A stretch of 56,860 bases of DNA, the filler included, from Catajapyx aquilonaris (lineage: Eukaryota): assembly GCA_000934665.2 (NCBI GenBank). It is 3 parts of 3 records of this genome, joined end to end, with 100 filler letters (N's around TTAATTAATTAA, not from the genome) between each part and the next. Parts side by side here need not be neighbours in the genome. Positions count along the whole stretch, not along the records: positions 38,054 to 56,860 come from JYFJ02006604.1; 2 more parts are not named here. One strand, 5' to 3'. The notes beneath the pieces are model-generated. The model was given only the letters and a program-made list of their open reading frames with translations. It was not told where the DNA came from and searched no databases. The position numbers and the translations under genes are program-made. This document shows, piece after piece, positions 48,670-56,860 of this stretch. Positions within the stretch are counted from its first letter, which is position 1. Every line of letters starts with the position of its first letter.

Positions 48670-49140
48670 GGTTTCCTATAGGGATTACCGGGGTATTCCT
48701 GGGTTTACTAAAGATTACCGGGGTATTCTTTTGTTGATAGGGATTTCCAGGGAAATCATCGGTTTCCTAGGGATTACCGGGGAATTCCTGGGTTTACTAA
48801 AGATTACCGGGGTATTCCTTTATTGATAGGGATTTCCAGGGAAATCATCGGTTTCCTAGGGATTACCGGGGTATTCCTTTGTTTACTGTAGCCTAAAGAT
48901 TTCCAAGTAATTCCTAATTTGATAGGGATTTCCAGGGAATTCATCGGTTTCCTAGGGATTACCCGGGTATTCCTGGGTTTACCAAAGATTACCGGGGTAT
49001 TCCTTTGTTGATAGGGATTTCCAGGGAATTCATCGGTTTCCTAGGGATTACCGGGGTATTCCTGGGTTTACCAAAGATTACCGGGGTATTCCTTTGTTGA
49101 TAGCGATTTCCAGGGAATTCATCGGTTTCTTTAGGGATTA
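48670..49140. repeat. Tandem satellite, ~89-bp unit built from three ~30-bp subunits, about 5 copies
   Basis: Unit GGTTTCCTAGGGATTACCGGGG.ATTCCTGGGTTTAC.AAAGATTACCGGGGTATTCCTT..TTGATAGGGATTTCCAGGGAA.TCATC (e.g. 48761-48849). Confidence 0.9.
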
Positions 49141-51063
49141 CAGTGGTATATTCCACAAGAATGATTTTCAGTCCTGCCTTTTTGTGGTTTTTTTCGTATT
49201 CGGAGTGGTTTTCCCTCAGGCTTTCGCTCTAACTTTCTCGCCATAAAAAAGGGTAATCATCACACATATCGCATTTACTCGCCTGCGCGATTTATTCCTC
49301 ATAAACATACCTAATCAGGTGCATACAATTTGCCTTGCGTTAAAACGTGTGTAATTCATGCGCGATCATGTTTCATATCGAGTTCCCCGGCCAGTGATTA
49401 CAGCGTAACCATAAGAAATCGCGATCAGATGTGATCACGGGTAATCCCCAATAGCGATTGTGCATATCTTTGAACAGTCACAAGTGTAGTACTAACTATA
49501 ATAATATCCACAATAATTACGTGCAATTTCGCACCGTTGAAGACAGAAAAGTATATACGGTTTGTGATTGTTTGCAAAAATTATTCGGCAAGTAATACCG
49601 CCCGTTAAATCCTCGTTTTATCATCTACCTTCTGTGGTGCAACCAAGTGGATAACCCGCTCGGTTTTCCAAAATTCGGATGACGTCAGCGGTCACTTTTA
49701 TCGACGAAAACGATACGGATTTACATTGGAGTAAATGCGTTTATGTCGCACCTTCACCCTTGACCTTCGACCCTCACGCTGACCTGCCTGTCGCTCAATA
49801 GGTGCTACGATTCGTGTGATGACTCGTGCATTCCTTTCTTTCTTTTACCCCCTCGATTCTCTTGTTGCATCATAACCCCCCCCTCCGTATGAAAACGACA
49901 CATGTAATTTGAAAAAAGAAAAATGCCTTTTCGACTCGTGTACTGTAATTTCACTCCATAACTACCGGTTAACATTAAAACTCAGTAGTGGACTTCATTC
50001 AAATGCTCGGGATTTTATATGTGCTGGTGAGTAATTGTACTGTACAACAACAACTGGATTTTAAAAAAAATAATGGAATTGATTAAAAGATTTGTTGAAA
50101 AAGGTGACTCTAGAACGTGTTCATTTCTTGGAGTGGATCCGCAGTTGCAGATCTAATTGCAGGCCATTGGATTAACTGCCGTGTGAAGTGCAATCAGGAT
50201 CTAACAGCAACTTCACATACTTCGTGAGTATCGTAGTAAAGCTCCAAGTAACTTTTCTTCAATTATTTTCTGGAGCACTTTTCGACCAATTTACTTGCAT
50301 ATGAAGACATGAAATAAATGCAGAATACTGAAGTAATAAAATTGTCAGATGAGAAGATTTCAATGAGATTTGAAGGACTCATTATTCTTTCCAGATTTTT
50401 AAACGGGGTTGTAATTTGTATATGTCAATACTCTCAAAATGTAATGTATCGCAAGAACCTAATTAATTTTTAATCGCACCTATAATATAGTTCCCAATGT
50501 GGAATGGTAAGTGCGTAACAATACATATTTTGTACATTTTATTTATTATTTTGGTATTGTGTCCTTTTGTTCTGGTGCACAATTATTCATAATTTTGGGC
50601 ATGCAACAATGCAATATTACTTTCTTAGTGAGCATTTCTCTGCCATTGGCAACTGTGAAGTTCTATTTTCAGAAACCAAGAGTGATCCGGAAACTTGCTG
50701 CGAAACCGGTTTTGTTTGGGATCAACCCTGATGAACATACTCCACAGCAATGGCTGGAAATAAAATAATATTATATAGAGAGTAATCAGAAATATATTAC
50801 TTCCAGCACAGTAATGCAACAGTTTTATACATTTTTTGGGAGAGGGCCAAAAGTGATTATTGCATATGAGCCAGACTAGGATGACTCGTAGCCATCGTGA
50901 CGCTGGATTAGTGACAAATCACGGGGCTTGGGAGTGACCTTCCCCTTGGGGTGGGAGGGTGGAATTTTTGGGGGTGGATTTTGGGAGTCCCAGGGGCCCC
51001 CAGAAAGCAAGCAAAAGGCAAGAAGCTCAGAGCACGTGTTGGCTTGGTTGTGAGAGGGTCAAA

Positions 51064-53291
51064 ATGTTGAAGAATAGAAGAGGCTCTTTCATGGCAATGG
51101 GGATGGCAAAATTAGGTTTGGCCAGCTTAGCCTTGTGCGCATCCGCTGTCCTCCTTTTCTTAATCGTCGCTACCAAGCTCGTCGTCAACGACACCCAGGC
51201 CGTCCAGGTGCAGTCGTCGACACTCACTGCTGACGCCAAGTGCGATCCAGGTATGTCTCAGCCGAAATCCGGAGCCAATATATGTGGGAAAACTACTTTA
51301 TTTTTTTGCAGAAGTTGGAGACAATGCGTTGCGAGATGACATGTTTTACACCACCCCGTGCGGATGCCTGAGACAGCTGCCCTGGGCAACCCGCCCCGGG
51401 GCGATCCAGGAAGGGATGGACAACACCACGTGCAGCTTCTCGGCCATGCAACGAGGGTTCGGTCAGCGCGTGGTGTCCTTCAGCTTCTTCGGAGGCAGAC
51501 AGGACATTCGAGGATACTTCCAGGTCAATAGTCATCACGTCACATATTATATGTAATTGTAGTGTGTGTGACCTCATATTTGTTGTTTTTTGGCAGGGCA
51601 TCGAGGGCAACGCGATGACCATGCCCGAATTCTACCCTGGATGGACCATGCGGGTGTACCACAACATCTCGGAGGAGGACAAGGAGGCGCACGAAATCTT
51701 GTGTCGTCTGGAATGCCGGTTTCCATACCTGGACTTCTGCCAAACCAAGGAAATCCCGCTCTACGGAAACATGGCCAGTCAGTACACATCAATATTGTTA
51801 TTAATTAATCTCTGTAATTATGCAAAAGGCGACGATGTTTGTCCATTTTATACCCAATGGGGGAGGTATAGAGAGGATGATGGCCCAATCTCTCCCCCAA
51901 AAAAAGAGCAGCTAGATATTGACTGGTTCCTTGGTTACGTAATATTCATTCGCGCCAGACAAGGCTGCTCCATAGCAGATAAAGCTCTGATAACAAGTCT
52001 GTGGGTCTCTTTATATTGAAATGCTGTCTAGGAATGCGGTGACGCACAGGGAGGATTAACTGAGTAATGGCTGTGGGACCATGAAAACTGCTTTTTGACC
52101 TTTGCTTTTACCACACGATAAAACATAGCAACATTGGCCCCAAACAACGTTTAGCCAGGGAGCATATACTACATAAGAGGAGCAAACATTCGATTTCCGC
52201 GTCTCTCTGGGGCGTTGCCAAGGCTGGCGGCCATTTTGAAGTGTGGGGAACGCCAACGAGGTATAAATAGGGTACAGGCAAAAATAGGGTCCGCCATCTT
52301 TGATTCGCGCGTGTTCTTGCCATGGCCGTCAAACCCATCAAAGATGGCGGACCCTCTTTTTGCCTGTACCCTATTTATACCTCGTTGGCGTTCCCCACAC
52401 TTCAAGATGGCCGCCAGCCTTGGCAACGGCCCCAAACAGAGAGACGCGAACATCAAAGGCGCCGACAGAAGTTTGCGCCTCTTATGTAGTATATGCTCCC
52501 TGGTTTAGCAACCAGATAATTAACATTTGATACATCTCTTCTATAATTATTTACAGATTGGACAGCTGCGGCCTGGAGGTTTCTGCCCATAGGCGACCCC
52601 CAGGTTGACATTTTCGTGAGCCGTGACCTGGACAGCCGGTTTCTCCAGAGGGAAGTGATGGCCGTCCAGGAGTGGATCCAATCGGAGAAGACGTGGCACA
52701 TCATGAGGGACCATCCCTCAATGGTCATCCTAAAGATACTCGGTAGGTGTGCATGCACAGGGTGTTTCATAACGGTTCAGACAGGCATCAGTGAATCACA
52801 GCCAGACTCTTCAGCTTGATCCGACTAATTATAATTATTGTGCTTTATATGGCAGCTGGCATGTGGGGAGCAAACCTTCGTTGGAAGAGGGACTTTCTTC
52901 GTGACCTGATAGAGGACATCATCAAGATGCCGACTCAGCACTACTACGGGCGAGACCAGGACATACTGGCCGAGCGGGTGTGGCCTCTTGTGCACGGTAA
53001 GTGATGAGTCAGAAGCAGCTGGGTTACCTGCAGTTCTGACTCAACCTGTAAAACCAGCTAAACACTGACCCACTGTTGCTTTTTTTCTACAATATAGGTG
53101 ACTCAGTGCGACATGAGAGCTACGACTGCCTTCAAGTCCCGACGCCTGACGTCCGACCTTGGCCGACGCGTCGTGAAGACAAGCCGTACAACTACGTTGG
53201 GGTCAGGCAGAGGGTTGACCCCGTGCCATTGCGCGACCCTTGCCCTCCACAGTGCAGGCCAAAGGACCACCAGGACTGGCTCGCCTGCTGA
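51064..53291 (+). CDS. Type II membrane glycosyltransferase-like protein (DxD motif), uncharacterised family, 366 aa
   Basis: Six phase-compatible exons: 51064-51250, 51312-51523, 51597-51777, 52557-52742, 52856-52996, 53098-53291. N-terminal TM (LGLASLALCASAVLLFLIVA). Motifs VVSFSFFG, YPGWTMRVY, WRFLP..DP.VD.FVSRDLDSR..REV.AV.EW, HIMRDHP, AGMWG, DQDILAERVWP, HESY.C, CP.QCRP..H.DW..C. AATAAA at 53352. Confidence 0.9.
52156..52502. mobile_element. Foldback MITE family F, copy 4 (intron 3 of the glycosyltransferase-like gene)
   Basis: Same TIR. 7-bp TSD GTTTAGC. Confidence 0.92.
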
Positions 53292-54087
53292 TGCTGCTCA
53301 CCCTAAAAGTACAATTCAATGCATCTGTGATGCAATTTGTTTTTGAGCATTAATAAAGTGTATTAAAACATCAACTTTGAATGTAATCTTACGTGGCAGT
53401 GCCGTAGCAGACTGCCAATGGGTTTGTTAGAGGGCCCAGCAGGACCAGGCACTGGTATAAGCCTGCAGGTGAATGGAAAGAAATCAGTCTTGCATGCTCT
53501 GTGAGAGAAACTATTTATGGTACGGTTAAAATGGCAGGCACTACTTCATCAAATTGCTAAAAAATAATGGTTAGTTTCTTTGATAACATGCAGAAAAAAC
53601 CCAGATAAATGGGCAAATCACATCAATCAGTGATCTTGCTCCTTGATTCAATTGACTGATTGAATGGTATACTCTACATGAACTGCCAGTAACTTCTCAA
53701 TAGTCCATAACTATCGATAGGTTATCGGAGGTTTTTAAACCCCACTACATTAGAGCCAAGATGAAAGCCGTAATCAACCTTGCATCCAAAGAAAGGACGA
53801 GGGTAACAACTTACTGACATACTATGCATATTTTTATTAGCACTGGCACTCTATCAATACCGACATGTTTCACTTTAAAAAAAGTAACAAATAAGCAAGT
53901 GCATCATTCTGATTGTTACACATTGCTTCATGTATTGAAATATTGCAGTTACCATAGCATATTGAGAATGCACAATAAATTCAAGCTTCCAGTCATGATC
54001 ATTATAGTCTTGTCCGCGTGCCTTTTCTCACATTTTTATTGCTAGATGAACGATATAAATCAAGCAAGCTGCCAGTAAGTCACTGGC

Positions 54088-55202
54088 TTAAAACTCGCAG
54101 TAGGTGTTGTTAATGCTGTACATTGGCAAGACGGTATTTGTCTTCATCAGTTCAAAGGCCGTTGACCATGCAGTGACATTCCGTGGGTCGCGCACCAAGA
54201 CCACGTAATTATTGGCTGAAATATGAAACACGTTCGTGCAGTAGTTACTGGTGCGAAAATGATGGCCATTTCAATTCAGATGTAACTAATGTGTACTCAC
54301 TGACAAAAATGTTAGGGAGTGCATAGCAGAACCGCACGTTCAAGAAACCGCAGGGATCAAGCTGAAACACTTGAAACTTCAAGTAGAACGGCACTGTGAA
54401 CCCCCAAGGATAATCGAAAAATAAGAATTTATATACGGTCACTTCCCCGGTGCCTTCCAAGGTGATTCTGTCCCTGCCAGTGTTATCGGGCACACATAAG
54501 GTGTCATTCTGTGTCCTCGTCACATTGGGGACTAACCACGTCACGTTCTGAAAAAATCTGAAAAAATAATTATACACACTTCAGTTTTAGCACTATATAC
54601 ATCATCATTCCACTAAAATATGCCGTTTTCCTTACCGTACAAAATACCATCCACCAAAATCCACTTTGGTATTATCGCTCCCGGCAGATGGAGCAAACGT
54701 TATGTAATAACAGTCAGTGATATTTGTCGGCTCGGTCTGGTTCATTCCGTACCATGTGCCGCAGAGCTGTGAAACAGAATTGATCTACTCATTAAGTGTG
54801 TTAAACCTCACATGTCTCCCCAAGTGATGGTTTGCAATTTTTTTTTGCCACTAAGCCGCTTATTATTAATTTTGGACTGGGTAAGTAAGGTACAGCAGGC
54901 TACTTCTCCACCAAGACTAATATAGAGGACACTGCTCACTGACAAAAAAAAAGACAATAGACTCATTGATTACTACCAAACTTCCGCTCTGATCGTATCA
55001 TACAGTAAGTAATAGACCCCCTGTACATATAAGCACTCTACACCCAATAAAATTCCACATTTATAGCCAGACTGATGCTTACCCTGGATGGGTCAAAGTT
55101 GGTGTGGTTAGGAGGGTTGTAGGTCTCGCCGCAGGTCTGTGAGTGAACGCCTTCAACAATGAAGCAGGCGGATGCCACAGCTGCCAACAAAAGCAAGTTC
55201 AT
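54088..55202 (-). CDS. Secreted lipocalin (ApoD-like), 211 aa
   Basis: Exons 55202-55083, 54766-54636, 54557-54301 and 54215-54088 splice in phase. Signal peptide MNLLLLAAVASACFIVEGVHS, SCR1 motif NFDPSRLCGTWY, SCR3-like YVVLVRDP, C-terminal Cys. Minus-strand AATAAA at 54040-54035. Confidence 0.82.
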
Positions 55203-56860
55203 CCTGATGCGATGAGAGGAGCAACGTCACCTCTTCTGGTTGAGACACCCTGTGGAATGAGATGGGCTGCAACCATGTGTGCGCAGTGATGCATGATTTA
55301 TTGGACCAACACGAAAGGTTGCTCTGGTGATATAGTACGTAGTTGTGGAAAGATGTTGGAAGTGCTTCCTGAAAACTGTTCAGTGTCTGAAGCTCTGAAT
55401 TATCAAATGATTGAGCTATGCCATAGTCTATGTATAAAAAAGACCAACAACTCCAGTCCATAACTATAGAGGGAAGTGACCAACCAGAACAGAAAATAAA
55501 TTGCACAAAAAGCAAAGAAATCAGTAAGATATTCACACTAGCAGTTAAAGAAAGCTCCAAAGTTTAACAGACTGTTGTCAAGGTTACTTACTTAATTCAA
55601 AAGGTCTTGATTGTGATTTGCTTGCAGCAGTCGTGGCCGATGCTCAGTCTGTGAATATAGGATTGAAATTTTGCCTCTGTTGGCCGTCGTTGGGGCTTCT
55701 CTGCCTTATTCTCCGGCTGCATGAATCACACTATACTGTCCGTGCAAGCATGTACGTGTCTCTAGTGTGCAATATACCTTCTACGAAAAAGAAAGGAACA
55801 TCTGTTCTCAAATTTATTTCGAAGGGAAACTTTGCACATGACTGAATGTACTTTTCATTCCAGACCGTGAATAACTATAGCGATGTGCAAATGAACCGCA
55901 GTTTCAGTTTCTTTCCTAATCACCCTGCCAATCTTGGAAGTTGCACAATTGACCAAAAAGTATTCAATTTCAAGCAGTCATAATATTATTCCCACAATCT
56001 CCTAAGGATGATTTTGCGGTGCATCGAGTGATCATTGCAGGTTGGAGCAATGTCCACAACATTTTTATTGAGATAATGAGTGTTGGGTACAATGTTCTAG
56101 GAAGCAAAGATTGTCCCATATTGTGTAGTGCCGTCGACCGGACTTTATATCCGGAAATTGACAGATTTGAGACGCGCTTTTAAGACAATACTTTTTGAGC
56201 ATCTAATACTGTCATTGCTGAGGATTATGACTTGTGTGGCCTAGTGTGACTTTCGTCACATGTACCTGTATACAGTACTGTACAGACACCTCCATCTTTG
56301 CCTGAGAACCAACAAGGGCGCACAACACCTGCCTTCCATTCTTCAATATCAGCCAATCAGGATAAGCCACCTCTGCCTGGCAACAGACAGAATTGCAGGT
56401 TCTACGTAATGCGCATTGAGGAATTTTTTCCACATAAAATGCAAGTTATTTAAATACACTCGAGAGTGATTCATGTTGAGATTTTTAACTGGTGTTGTAA
56501 AATTAATTTGATTGGTTGTGAAATTGCATTTTTTCAGGAAACATCATAGTCGTTTTACAGTCACACATTTGTTTTGTGGCGTGCGCATGTCAGATACGCG
56601 ATATGCCAAGTGCGAAACACCTTACAGTGTACAAAATTATTTTATCTGTCACATTACATATGGAAAATGGTGAAGTCCCAGATTTTGCCTCAGAATAAAT
56701 GTGGACACCGATCCCTTATCTACTTTACATGAAACATTCCTCGATCAACTGCGAATCTTCCACAATAATGGGGAACTAGCCTTCATTTTGGAAACTACAT
56801 AATAAATTCGCCCATATTTTTTGGATTTTTTTGGCATATTCCGTTTTAAGATATCAGTTC

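Noticed and set aside
48670..49140. Regular ~30-bp repeats as a possible CRISPR array
   Set aside because: There are no unique spacers, the context is eukaryotic and there are no cas genes. It is a satellite.

Overview
Eukaryotic (invertebrate, probably arthropod) genomic DNA with short GT-AG introns and a very high density of transposon remnants. The window is three unrelated contigs joined by artificial spacers (N44-TTAATTAATTAA-N44 at 18807-18906 and 37954-38053). Contig 1 holds a divergent CNOT2/Regena-like gene with no introns in its CDS (minus strand) and two internal motif duplications. Downstream of it are a putative 3' exon containing a 52-bp-stem hairpin and a spliced WW-domain gene with a partly complementary site, plus a nested transposon cluster (piggyBac-like ends, pogo-like MITE, Helitron, tRNA-SINE). 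Contig 2 has no gene I can support: a ~9 kb transposon-poor noncoding stretch, then decayed Kolobok-like and MULE transposases, a hAT element, foldback elements and a SINE. Contig 3 has three spliced genes: an unnamed coiled-coil protein with a two-fold internal repeat, a type II membrane DxD glycosyltransferase-like protein, and a secreted lipocalin. It also has four copies of a palindromic foldback MITE with 7-bp target-site duplications and YY1/Pho-like motifs. All family assignments come from motif recognition by eye, not from database searches.
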